Source: Chiloscyllium plagiosum
Taxonomy: Eukaryota
Assembly (NCBI RefSeq): GCF_004010195.1
Contig: NC_057726.1
Span: 22,694,600-22,758,599 of the forward strand
Reading direction: 5' to 3'
DNA: 64,000 bases
The notes below the pieces were generated by a model. It was not told the origin of the DNA. It saw nothing but the letters and a program-made list of their open reading frames with translations, and did not search any database. Both the position numbers and the translations under genes were made by a program. Of the stretch, positions 51,796 to 64,000 are shown in pieces (position 1 is the first letter of the stretch; every line of letters starts with the position of its first letter).

Positions 51796-54073
51796 ACTTA
51801 AATCAGAAACGCAGTGAAAGTAGGGATTCTGTGACTGGATATTAAGTACGATCAAAGCGACCGCCACCCCCAACTGCTCTCTGATCTCTCAGCAGCTAAT
51901 TTATACACAACCATTGCTGGGAGGAAATAAGTAGTCAGATGTTTGGCTTCTGATTGCTCCCCACTTTTAACAAGCAAACATCAAGTGAGCAAGATAGCCA
52001 GGCTCAGCTGCAATCATCACTGCAGCGAAACAATGTGTTAATAGCCACTGCTGACACTCACCCACGAAAGTTGACCATTTGAGGTAAATTACTAAAATGA
52101 GTAATCCAACACATATTCTACCTTCAGGAGAGGAGTGGGGACAAACACTTTCCTGATCTTTCATTCCTCAACCTCTTCAGTTGGCCTAACACTGTCAGCT
52201 GATAACTCAGCTGTTTTTTTTAAACAACTTCCTGGAATGATAATGGCTGCAAGCACATTGCAAGTTCATTGTTGTGTGCATGTGTTCAAATCTCCATGAC
52301 TGAAATGCATTTGGTACATCAATCAAAGCCATTTTTGGCATTGAAAAAATGTGCAGACGTATGAAAAATGCACCATTTACAGGGAGCCTATAATTCTCAT
52401 ATCTGTGGTGCAGATTACATTTAATGTCATTTTACATATGTATTTTATTTCCCAATTTGCCCCTCTTTGCTTACCCAATTGATTGCTCTCATTTATTGTG
52501 TGACTAATGGCACAAACACACAAATGACTTTTACATGGCAGTCATTGTAGGAACCAGTCATGCCTTGGGCATTTTTCGAATGAATGACCTTTAGAAGGTC
52601 AGGAGGATTTAGATCTTCTTGCACATCTCTCCTCAATGTCAGCGTGATCTGTCTGACAGCATAGTGCTTGTTTGCTACTGTCAACTCTGCTGTGATAAAA
52701 TAAAGTCATCCATGGCTACAGCTTTTTAATGTATATTGCAGTCACTTCAAAATGTGAAAAACATGCAGCATCAAAACAAAAGGGAAACTGTTGTGGTTAT
52801 CTCTCGTTTCTGAGTATCTACAAAGTACAGCTGATTCAAATTAAATCAAAAGTTAAGCAATCTTTTCAAGTATCCTATTGGGAACATTTCTATTTTTACT
52901 TATTTTAGCAGAAAAGCAAGCATTAGTAAAATTCATTCCTTGTGTGCAAATGTTTACTGTTGCTCTGTACTTCAAACTCTTTCAAAATTCAAATACTGTG
53001 GAAAAACAGGGGTAAATAAAGCCAACTGTTGATTACATTCATTAACTCCAGGTTAGACCTGGGATTAGAGAGCATAATCAATTTGTATTTCCATAAAACC
53101 ATCTTTTCCTTATTACTTTAAACAAAAAAGGTTTTCTGCGGTTGTACACTTTAAAAATCCTTTTTTCCTTCTCAAACCCTTTGCAGTTTTGAACTTTTTT
53201 CTGGAAATAGCCTCAGTTCAATTGAGTAACTTCCTCTCATCAGCTTAAAGATTTCCTACTACGTCATATCCATGAATTTAAATGTAACAACTCAAAGCCA
53301 GGAAGTGACTGAATACATTTACAAAGTTTTATTTTCAGAGACAAGATTTACCAAAATCAATCCAGCAACCAGAGTTTTGGTTTGAACATGGATAATGTTT
53401 CTACTTAGTTTTGAACCAGAGACCTTACTCATTTGAAAAGAATCAGTACAGTACCTCAGATATAATTAAAAACCGACGATGTGCAATTAACAGTAACAGG
53501 CCTTTAAGTTTGTATTGCACACCAGCATTCATAAAACACTCCCTTTAATCAATTTGTCTTCCACATTAGAGTTCTTTTGTATGTTTGGAATATGTTTTGC
53601 ATCACTGGCTTAAAGTTCATGTTCCGAAAGGAATAATGAAATTAGGGCTGTTTAATTAAAAACTGAGAAGAGTCTCAACAAAAGAAATTAGAAGCTGATG
53701 CAAGTTACTGAAATATACATCTCTGTATAGAAATGTTATGGAAAAGTTTTTCTAAGGAACTAAAATTGCTATGTTAGGAATTAAGTTTGAAATATACAAG
53801 GCATACAAAATTACGTATCTCCCAATAGAGTTATAATGACCTATGCAAACATCTTTATATTTTAATACACCGTGATTGACTTATTTCTGCAGGAAGCCTT
53901 TGGCTTTTCTGAGAAGCTTGTATAACCTGCCTCAGAAATCTGTGACTGTCAGCTGATATGAAGTTAGCAACACTTGTGCCTGCAATTTCTAACGCGTCAC
54001 AGTCTGAGTCTGTGCAATGTTGAGTATGTCTCAGCATGCATCAGTCTGACTCAATGTGCAACTGTGCGAAAGG

Positions 54074-54074
<1 letters not shown>

Positions 54075-54105
<31 letters not shown>
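54075..54105. repeat. (CT)n microsatellite
   Basis: Direct reading. Confidence 0.9.
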
Positions 54106-54106
<1 letters not shown>

Positions 54107-54744
54107 TCCCTTAGGCCATCCCAATCATTGTACATCGGTTTTCCTGTCAGATTGGGAAATATACTTGAGCACAAGGTTTCACTTTCTTCTGAGAGCAGTT
54201 CTTTCTCGCAGAAAGACAATTTCAAAACGGTTGGCTTTGTTCAAAAGACCGGCTGAGAGAGAAGAACAAAACAAAAGATAGGCATTGGAGGAGGACTGCA
54301 GCAGTCATCTCAATGGAAATGAAATACGTCAGGGCCCTGATGAATCAACGTGCAATTATGTTGCAATGCTGAGTCACAGAGACCAAGAAGGTCCTAGACT
54401 GATCTCTGAATGATGTTGAATTAGCCAACCTCAGTAAGCAAACAGGGTTCTACTGCATGCCTCATTGTCTCCAAACTGGTTAGGAACATGAGGCAGGGGG
54501 TTCCCAAACTATTGCAGAGTAGAATGAAATCATTGGATGTTAGAACAGCAAAACTGGCTGGTATTTATTTTTACACGAGCAATTCATGGTATTGCCAGTC
54601 TGCTCCACATATTTAAATTTCCTTTGAAAGAGTTTCTGTTTTCTGCTTAAGCAGCATTTTCCGAGAACTTCACAAAGAAATGACTGTCTGCTGTATCCCC
54701 TCCTGGAGCACACTGACAGAATCGGATCATCCAACTCGTTTAAG

Positions 54745-55078
54745 GAAAATCATGAGATAAAGTGAATAGCAAAGGTCCTTTCCCTAGGGTTAGAAAGTTC
54801 AAAGGTAGAGGGCATTATTTTAAGGTGAAAAAGATTTAAAAGGGACCTGAAGTGGCAACTTTGTCACACACACAATGGTTCATGAGCTGCCAGAAGAAGT
54901 GGTAGATCCAGGTACAGTTACAAAATTGAAAAGTTATTTGGATGGGTACATGAATAGGAAAGGTTTAGAGGGATATGCTCCAAAAGGAGGCAAACAAAAT
55001 TAATTTAGTTTGCAAAACTTGGTTGGCATGGATGAGTTAAACCAAAGGGTCTGTTTCCATGCTGTCTGACTCTATGAT
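54745..55078 (+). mobile_element. CR1 3' end
   Basis: CR1 3' UTR with tgactctatg tail. Confidence 0.82.
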
Positions 55079-55320
55079 CTGTTTTATTCCCTGCCTAATT
55101 TTCCATGCTGCCAGGGCTGATCCTGCTAATTTCCAGGTTATGCCACAAAACTTCCAAGTGACTGGCTCCTCATGATTACAGAATTGAGAGCTCAAATTGA
55201 AGTCAACACGAACCTAGAAATGACTAAAGCAGAAAAGGGAAGGCTTATTCATGGTCGTATGATGGCACTCGGGTAAAAAATAGTTATTATTGGAAAATAC
55301 CAGTTTAAATTACAACTTAC

Positions 55321-55368
55321 TGTGGATTTGGATGGCAGTGTTAGGCGTGTGGGTCCACCCTTCCTTTG
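55321..55368 (-). CDS. CMIP: CMIP small coding exon (QRKGGPTRLTLPSKST), not in the ORF track
   Basis: 48 nt; acceptor ttgcag|CAA, donor ACA|gtaagt; fills exactly the expected gap in the CMIP peptide. Confidence 0.93.
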
Positions 55369-55471
55369 CTGCAATGAAGAAAAATAATCTCACATGAATA
55401 AAGAGATATTTCGTTCAAACATGACTGAAACACTTTGAACAGAGGTCACAAAGGCGGCGATGAGGGGCAAA

Positions 55472-55610
55472 AAAAAACCCAAAGAACTGCAGATGCTGGA
55501 AATCAGAAACAAAACACAAATTGGTGGAAAAACTCAACAGGTCTGGCAACATCTGTGGAGAGAAAGCGGAGTCAATGTTTTGGATCCAGTGATCCTTCTT
55601 TAGAACTAGC
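55472..55610 (-). mobile_element. Single-arm PLE pLTR remnant
   Basis: aactgcagatgctggaaatc..actcaacaggtctggcaacatctgtggagagaaa, related to the 34198 and 56789 elements. Confidence 0.65.
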
Positions 55611-56788
55611 CAGCTCCATGAGGCTAAGAGCCTTCGGGTGGCAACCTCAAGTTGGGCAGGACTTTAGTGGGAAGGACCCTGGTCAGAGGAGAAGCTCATT
55701 AGTTAGCACCTATGTACCTACTTGATCTGGAGACCTCTTACTGGTGGGAGCAGGGAGTTAGTCACCCCTGAAGTCACTTGACTCAACATTTAGTGCACAG
55801 AGCACTAAAACCAAACTAAAAAGTATTTTATACACTCTGTTCTTTAGGGAGTGCCTCATTATTTGCTCAATATAACTTGAGCGGCATGACTTGAGTGAAT
55901 GAAAGTGTACTTAAAGCTGGCTTTAATTAGGGTAATGTTAAATAGTTGCTGAGGAGGTCTTGTGGCACAATGGATATGTTATCTGTTGTATGAAGTCTAA
56001 CTAGCTTTAATCTCCCAAGTCCTACTTCTGAAGTACAAACTATTTTCCTTCAAACTCTATTTACAGCATAATAGGTACAAATATTCTCTAAGACTTTGGT
56101 AAAACTTCTGACTCCTTTCAGGCCTCAACATGATTGGGCCAAAGGCTTTGCTTCCACGTTGTATTACTCTATGGTCACGTGACACTGACACCACTTATTA
56201 TACATTATGATGTCTCATTACCCTATGTTGGGTATTCTCTCTATCTCGGAGTCAGAACCTCGAGGTTTGGAGTTCCATGCTAGGGCTTACTGGCCAAGAA
56301 AGGTGTGATCATAATACCAGACAGGTTGAGCATCAATTTGTAAGTTTTTTCACATAGACCAATAGCAGGAGATCAGCCATGTGTTGTGCAGTTGGAACCT
56401 TTACCATCGTTATCCATAACTTCAGACTACAAGATGCTTGTAAAAATGCATGTTGACACAACAACTCAGATTATCAATGACTATTTGGCAAAACAAAAGC
56501 TCTTATCTGTGACATTGGTCATATCAATAAAGAATGACATTTTAACGCTGGAGATTCAACATCAGTTATTATTAATGTCAGAAATACAATAACACTTATT
56601 TTGCCCTGCCCCAAAATCTCTGAAGATTAAATCCAAAATAACATTTCCATTTGCTTCATCAGTCAGATTTCTAGACCTTTCAGTCATCATTAAATATTGA
56701 ATTATGGCAGGCAGAACTCCTCAGAAAGGTTATTGGAGGGAACTACATATTTCCAAAGGAGAGGACAACAAGTTAAGAAAATTTTAAA

Positions 56789-56976
56789 TAAAAACTGAAA
56801 GAATTGCGGACGCTGTAAACCAGGGGAAAAAAATTGCTGGAAAGGCTCAGCAGGTCTGGCAGCATCTGTGGAGAGAAATCATAGAGTTCATGTTTCAGGT
56901 TCTGAAGAGTCATTTGACCTTAAATGTTAATTCTGATTTCTCTCCACAGGTTCTGCCAGACTTGCAGAGCTTTTCC
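56789..56976. mobile_element. Fold-back PLE-derived element with TSD
   Basis: Arms ggaaaggctcagcaggtctggcagcatctgtggagagaaatca / tgatttctctccacaggttctgccagacttgcagagcttttcc; TSD aagaaaattttaaa at 56775-56788/56977-56990. Confidence 0.82.
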
Positions 56977-57040
56977 AAGAAAATTTTAAAGACTTCCCAG
57001 CTTCAAGTATTACTAGTCAAATCATCGGCTAGATAACTCA

Positions 57041-57262
<222 letters not shown>

Positions 57263-57521
57263 CTAGAGTTTACAGAAATTGAAGAGTTTTTTTATTGAAA
57301 TGTTACACCAATAAGTGACACCCCTCCCCAAATCTATCCCCCACTCCTTTTCCACACCTCCCTCCTCGCCAAAACCAAATGTGTCAGTGGCTTCACAATT
57401 CGTTTGCTCCTGCTCCTTTCCAAAAAAGCTAACCTTTCATTGTTTTGGGGCCTTTTTACAGCAGCACCTTTAAGGTTCCCTGCCAAGGCTGCTTAAGATC
57501 CAGCATAAACTGACAAATCTG

Positions 57522-57712
57522 CTGTAGTGAGAGTGAGGACTGCAGACGCTGGAGATCTAAGTTGGAAATGTGGTGTTGGTAAAGCACAGCAGGTCAAGCA
57601 GTATCCGAGGAGCAGGAGAACCGACATTGCGGGCATATGAAGGCCTTATGCCCAAAATGTCAACTCTCCTGCTCTTCAGATGCTGCCTGACCTGCTGTGC
57701 TTTTCCAGCACT
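57522..57712. mobile_element. Older fold-back PLE-derived element (35293 family)
   Basis: Degenerate arms around gggcata/tatgccc; probable TSD acaaatctg at 57513-57521/57713-57721. Confidence 0.75.
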
Positions 57713-57935
57713 ACAAATCTGGTGTGGTTCCTCTCTGGTTAAACAATCAGCTCAACAGTTGGTTCAGATGGGTGACATTGGTAACTAAAAGTTGCCTGAT
57801 TTAATATGGTGGCTGATGAATGACACTATTTCTTCTGTGGTCAAAACTGCGTGTTTCTGAAACCATTGAAATGTTACCTAACTTCACCCCTGCCTCCGAT
57901 GCTGGCATAATATGAGGAAACATATTATGAGGAAA

Positions 57936-58023
57936 CATAATATGAGGAAACAAATTGTTCCAATTGGGTGACGACTTGGAGAAGTCGTCACCCAATTGGA
58001 ACAATTTGTTTCCTCATATTATG
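57936..58023. repeat. Perfect 42-bp hairpin with 4-nt loop, preceded by tandem 15-mers
   Basis: Arms 57936-57977/57982-58023, loop ggag. Confidence 0.95.
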
Positions 58024-58299
58024 CCAGTAATTTACTCACTCACCCATATTCACACCATTATATGCAGGGGAATATGAATACTTCATCCCATTAGGTCGTC
58101 AGTAGCATACTTTTTTGCTAAAATAGTAATTGATTCTTGCTGCCGCTCAGGGAATGTCACATGACAGGAGTTATGGAATGTGACAGAGAATGTATTGTTT
58201 GAAGGTACAGCTGTGTTCTACATCCACAAAGATTAGTTGATGTGAAGTGGTTCAGAGGTCAGAGTGCAGTGTACAATCATTGAAATATTCACTTTACAC

Positions 58300-59545
58300 C
58301 AACAAGTTACATTTATATAGCAAGACTTCCCAAGTTGCTTCAGAGGAGTGCTATCAAACAAAATTCAATGCTGCCACATAAAGAAACATGAGATATTATA
58401 AGCATGGTCAAACCAGGAATATATAAGGAACATCTTAAAAGAGATGAATGAGGTCGAGAAGATAATAGGTTTAGGGAGTGGATTCCATAGATTAAGTCCT
58501 AGACAGCTGAAAGCACAGCCATCTATGGAGAAGCCTGGAATTTCCTGGAATCCCCTCCTTAATGGCACCTCTCCCACAGCAGGTGGAGTGTGGCAGTTCA
58601 AGCAGGCAGCTCACCAACACCTTCTCAAGGGCAACTAGGGATGGGCAATAAATGCTGGCCAGCCAGCGACACACACATCCCACAAATAAGTTAAAAAAAG
58701 CCATTAAATTCTGATCAGAAAATATCAGAATTGGAGGAGCATAGAGATGTTATTGGATTATAGGCCTACAGGGGTAACAGCATGAAGGGGTTTGAAAACA
58801 ATGAGGAAGATATTAAAATTAACCTCGAGTGGAACCCAATGAAAACTATTGAACGCGGGATGATGGGTTAAGGAAATTAGTGACAGGTAGGATAATACAG
58901 AGCATAATTTTGGATAGAAGAAGAAGAAGAATTCGATTGGAAGAATCCCTATAGTGTGGAAACAGGCCCTTCTGCCCAACAAGTCCACACTGACACTCCG
59001 AAGAGAACCTGCCCAGACCTATTCCCTGACCCAAAAATACACCTGGCTAATGCACTAACACTATGGGCAATTCACCTGACCAGCACACCTTTGCATTGCA
59101 GGAGGAAACCCACACAGACGCGGGAGAATGTGCAAACTCCAGACTGACAGTCATTCAGAAGTGCTAACCACAGAGCCACTGTTGGGAACTGAAGTTGAGG
59201 TCATGGGAAGAGAGACATTAGGCTGCCCAGTCCAGCAATGGAATATGAAATCAAGGGGTGACAAAGGTATGGGTGAGGGTTTCAGCATCGGATGAGCTGA
59301 GGCAGGGGTGAAGTTAGGTAACATTTCAACGGTTTCAGAAACACGCAGTTTTGACCACAGAAGAAAAATGTGGTGACAACCTCTTTGTGGGGTCAAATAT
59401 AACAGCAAGATTGCAAATTGCCTTGTTGAGTTTCAAAATGTTGCTAGGGAGGGGGATGAAGTCAATAGCTAAGAAATGAACTTTGCACGGGGGCCTGAAG
59501 ACAATGGTTTCAGTCTTCCCAAAATTTAGCTGGAGGACATTTCTG
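58300..59545 (-). mobile_element. Degenerate L2-like LINE 3' region, interrupted by another LINE tail (~58545-58690) and an HE1 SINE
   Basis: acatttatatagc tail (reverse complement); ggattccatagatt..cagctgaaagcac; tgaagacaatggtttcagtcttcccaaaattt. Confidence 0.6.
58940..59180 (-). mobile_element. HE1-type SINE
   Basis: Reverse complement of the HE1 tail and core. Confidence 0.8.
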
Positions 59546-61569
59546 GCAGAAAATCAAAACTCAGAATGAAACTGTTGGAATTCTCTCTCACTTGTTGTCT
59601 TTAAAGTATAGTTGCCCAGGATTACTTTTTAAAGCAGACATTCTGACTGCTGTGTTAATCTCTGGACTTGTTCCTCTTAATCTACAAATATTGCTTCTTT
59701 TCTCTTTTCAAAAGAAAATGTCAAGGTTATGAACTACATTTCACATGAGCCAATAACTTGCAAAATATTAGCCTAGAATAAACTTGTCTACAATTAAATA
59801 AAATGAACATGTCACAATAAAATTAGAAATGCATGTTCATGTATCATTTTAATAGTAAGATTGATGAACAGACTGACAGATAGAGACATATTGGTGCGCC
59901 ACAGCCTAGATTTTAAATATAGTGTTAATAAAAATGAACTACTTAATATAACTTTGGTACGACTGCCATTGTAACTTTTATCATCCTTCCATCTACTCCA
60001 ATCAGATGCAGCCAATTCTTCATTCAAGTTTATTAATGGGTGTCTGCAGAGACTTTTTAAAATAGGATTTGACAGCAAGTAATTACAATGAGAGCAACTG
60101 CTAATGTCAGTTGTATGATCAACTTTCCCTTCAAATTGAAATACCAACTCATGAAGAGACCAATGTTCATGGTACATTATATCATTACCCTTGCATGACC
60201 AGTAGGCAAATAATATTTTCAAAGAGGCTTTTGCAGTATTTTGGACGATACATATTACTCACAAAAAACAAACTCTTGGCAGTGAACTCATTGCTGTGAT
60301 TCAGTCTCTGGGGCAAACTCTGCTTCACATGAATATCATCAGAAATCCTCAACTGAATTACAGAATTTGATTCACTGCCAGCTACCGATTACAATATATT
60401 TAATGACAGTCATTGGGGTACAAGACTGTAGCAGCTCGGATTTCAACAGAGTGACTTTTCTGCTGTTAGTACTCTTTTATCCCTCGAGTCTTAACAATAA
60501 CACTCGATGCAATCTGCAAATATTTTCTATTATTTGCCTCTGATTATATGTTGCTTCCATGTTTGGATCCAGTAATCTGTTCATTGTCAAACTGTCTAAA
60601 CAGCATACAAAGTAAATGTAAGATTTAACTGACACTCAGATCCTTGCAAACAACACTGTTGTTAGGGGTGATATTTCACTAGAGAATAGCTCTCAAGTCT
60701 AGAAAGTTTTACGTTGTAAACAGTCATTGAATCCCTTTCCCACTCCTATAAAACTAAATTAGAAAGTAAAAGAATGTTTGTGCTAGTCATGACAGGTGTA
60801 TGTTGTCTGAACATTTTGGCCCTATTTAAAAACTGACGCTTTTCAAGTCAGTCATCAATATAACTTCACATTTGCACAGATTTACAACTCAGCAAAGAGC
60901 CTCTCTGTTCTTGTGAACATCCTGAAGAATCAGAAGAACTCTAAGTCAAGGAAGTCCGATTTAATGAAGTTCCTTTGGATAGCCGGGGAGACCTTTGGTG
61001 AAGTGTGTGGATGACCCCTCAGTGGGAGGGATAGATGTCTCAGAGAGGTTGGGGCAAGAGGTGTGGGATTGGGGCAGTGGTGTAGGTTGCAGGGTGGGAT
61101 CGAGAGGAAAAAAATGAGGTTATGAAACCTACACAGGAATGAAACTATAAATGGACTGTCAAAATTATCAAGTAGTTGTCAAAGAATTTGAATACCAATT
61201 ATGTTTTCATAAGAGATTACTTGCAGAAATTTGATCTTTTTTAACAACTGGAGTATTTTTAAAAATTATATAACCAATTGCTACATCTATTAATTTCATG
61301 TCAAAAGAGTTTCTGGGGTTGCCTATTGTGGATATCAGATGAGTTGGCATAGGGCTAGATGGTGACATGCTTTGGTACTGTTAACAAAGGCTTGGTGATG
61401 AGGCACGGGAGATGAGAGGGGCCAAGTGCCTACGAAGAGAGTCATTTGGTGGGAATAGAGAGATTGAAGAGTGACGGGGGCATAGGGAGAATGGAGGTAT
61501 GAGATAGCGTCAGGTTGGCCTGGGATGGAGGATGAGGTGTGTATGTATGGGTGAGAGGATGGGGAGACA

Positions 61570-61615
61570 AGAGAGAGAAGAGAGGGAGAGAGAGAGAGAG
61601 AAGGGATGGGGAGGC

Positions 61616-61646
<31 letters not shown>

Positions 61647-61662
61647 GGGAGACGAGAGAGGG
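61570..61662. repeat. (GA)n purine-rich microsatellite tract
   Basis: Direct reading. Confidence 0.9.
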
Positions 61663-62340
61663 AGGACATTAGCAAGAAAAAGGTTTTTGGTTTTATTCTA
61701 TTTTTAAAATCAAATTGTAGTATAGCGCCAGTGCATTGAGGCAGCCGTTGCACCCAACCCAAATTTGCAGCCAATAGTTTCTACTCTAGTTCGGGGGTCA
61801 CCAAGCCTCACACCCATGCAGCCCTGCAGCCCTGAAATATAAAACCTTCCACGGCACTTGGCTGACATCTGGCTTGTGAAATTGAGAAATGTCCCACCTC
61901 TGCTTTCTGTGGGAAAACTGGGGCCTTGTGTCTCTTCCAGAGAACTCAACTCCTAAACTCAAGATTCAGATTTGGATGTCAACATCTGGGAGTGGGTTTC
62001 CCCTTCCACCAACTGGTCTGGAAGCAGATGGCATGAACTATCTCTTTCTGAAAGTTCAAAGCTACTCCCACTAGGCCGGAGCTGGATCCATGGATGATAT
62101 CTTAAAAACTGAATCTCTGGCTCTCTCAAATAACAAAAGACAATAAAGACCATGTTGGGGAGGAAAAATAAAGTGAAGTATCAGTCTATAACACAAATCC
62201 AGTTTGCATGTGACTGCCTGATCAAAATAATCTATACTGGCTTGAAAGCAGAGATTTTATTTACTGGAAATGTACGGTTTATCTTCCTTTCTAACCATGT
62301 TATGAAACAAAGACTTACATATAAAATGCAATGTTGCTCA

Positions 62341-62733
<393 letters not shown>

Positions 62734-64000
62734 TCATGAACTAAGTGCCAATTAGATGTTTTTCTACTCCCAAGAGTGGCTGGCCAATCAGTCAACTTCA
62801 GTGTATTACTGCTCAGTACTGCCACCAGGCAGAGCCTGGCAGCTGTCTGTATTGCACCCACCCAGGCCCAGAATACAAAGTGAGTCAGGCTGCATGTAGG
62901 TGATGGCAGAAGGACGGTTGCAGAGGAAGGCAAGAAAGGGAATCAGCTACAAGGGCAAGGCCATGCTCTCAGCAGTTCCCACTTCCTAATCCCTTGGTCA
63001 GGCTCTGAGAGAAACAGAATTTGCTTCTCAGATTTCCCTCCAGGTTACTCCCCCACCCAACATTAATTACCCAATGAAAAGGCCTCAGTGGTAGTAGGGG
63101 TTGGGATGGCTGGTCACTACAGGGCACTGCAAACGTAGAAAGACAGCATGGTCCCAACCGTGACCCTCTCACCCTGTACATTCTTCCAATGTCACCACTT
63201 CAGTGGGTGGGCCGGGTCATTCAATTCTGACCATATAATTCAGAGATAATTAAGTTGCACATGTGCCATGCACCAATAGTTACACATTTGCATTCCTTGC
63301 CCCCGCATGGTATGTTTTAAATCTCAAAAGGGCCCCTAAAGAGGGAGAGCAAAAGCACACAAAGATCTCTGCTACTCCCCCATGCCTGCCCTCCTGTGGA
63401 CCCAACCTCCATTCCCCCAGCCTTGTCACTGGAGTGACAGAGAAAAGGAAACTGTAAGGAGCAGCAAACTGGAATCCTTCACTGGCCGCATTTACTTTAA
63501 TACTGGCAACAACCCAAGTATCGAATGCTGCGAGATTTCATAAACCTAAATGGGCAGGAAAATGCCTCACTGTGAAAGTGCATTTCAATGGTAATTTTCT
63601 TGCTAAATAAAGCCTTTACTATTTTGTTAATTCGAAGCATTTGCATCCTGTGCCATATTTGCCAGTAAACAAAAAAAATGTGAGGATGAAACAGGTCAAT
63701 GTGGCTTGTTCTTGGCTTAAAGAAATGTTATTTTACTCTTTCTACCAGAGAGAACAGAAAGAGGATCATGCGGCAGTGTCCTCCCCTATCTCCTTCACCT
63801 GGTCAAATCAGGATTACAGGAATTCCAGCAAGAAAGCCTGAGCAGGCTCATTGGCTCTGCCAGAGATTGACTGTGGACTCCAAATGGTTCAACTAAAGTT
63901 CAGACAGAATGACGTTATGTGAAAGCAACCCTGGAACTTGCCTATGACAACAAACACAATGGCCCCATTTGTCCACTGTGTTTCAGTCCCTCAAGCTTTT

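Noticed and set aside
57906-57950. CRISPR-like repeat array
   Set aside because: Contiguous 15-mers without spacers, vertebrate context, no cas genes

Overview
Eukaryotic (vertebrate) DNA, almost certainly a shark/elasmobranch, judged from HE1-type tRNA SINEs, HER1/CR1 LINEs and Deu-domain SINEs. The only host protein-coding content I can support is the 3' end of CMIP (c-Maf-inducing protein) on the minus strand. It comprises seven GT-AG exons (62443-62559, 57122-57262, 55321-55368, 47756-47902, 44637-44742, 42713-42783, 40756-40809) that splice in frame into the 227 C-terminal residues, including the LRR region, followed by a probable ~1.5 kb 3' UTR. Positions 1 to ~39200 are repeat-rich, apparently intergenic DNA with CR1, L2, SINE and Penelope-like element (PLE) relics. 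Two structural themes stand out. (1) A population of short (~100-300 bp) PLE-derived insertions from several families, mostly asymmetric fold-back palindromes flanked by 9-15 bp TSDs; the best-preserved copies carry minimal hammerhead-ribozyme cores (CUGAnGA-stem II-GAAA-palindromic helix III). (2) At least four locally templated insertions, including a complex multi-switch scar in a CMIP intron (57829-58027). Exon, TSD and inverted-repeat coordinates were read base by base; most repeat boundaries are approximate and family names come from recognition, not database searches.
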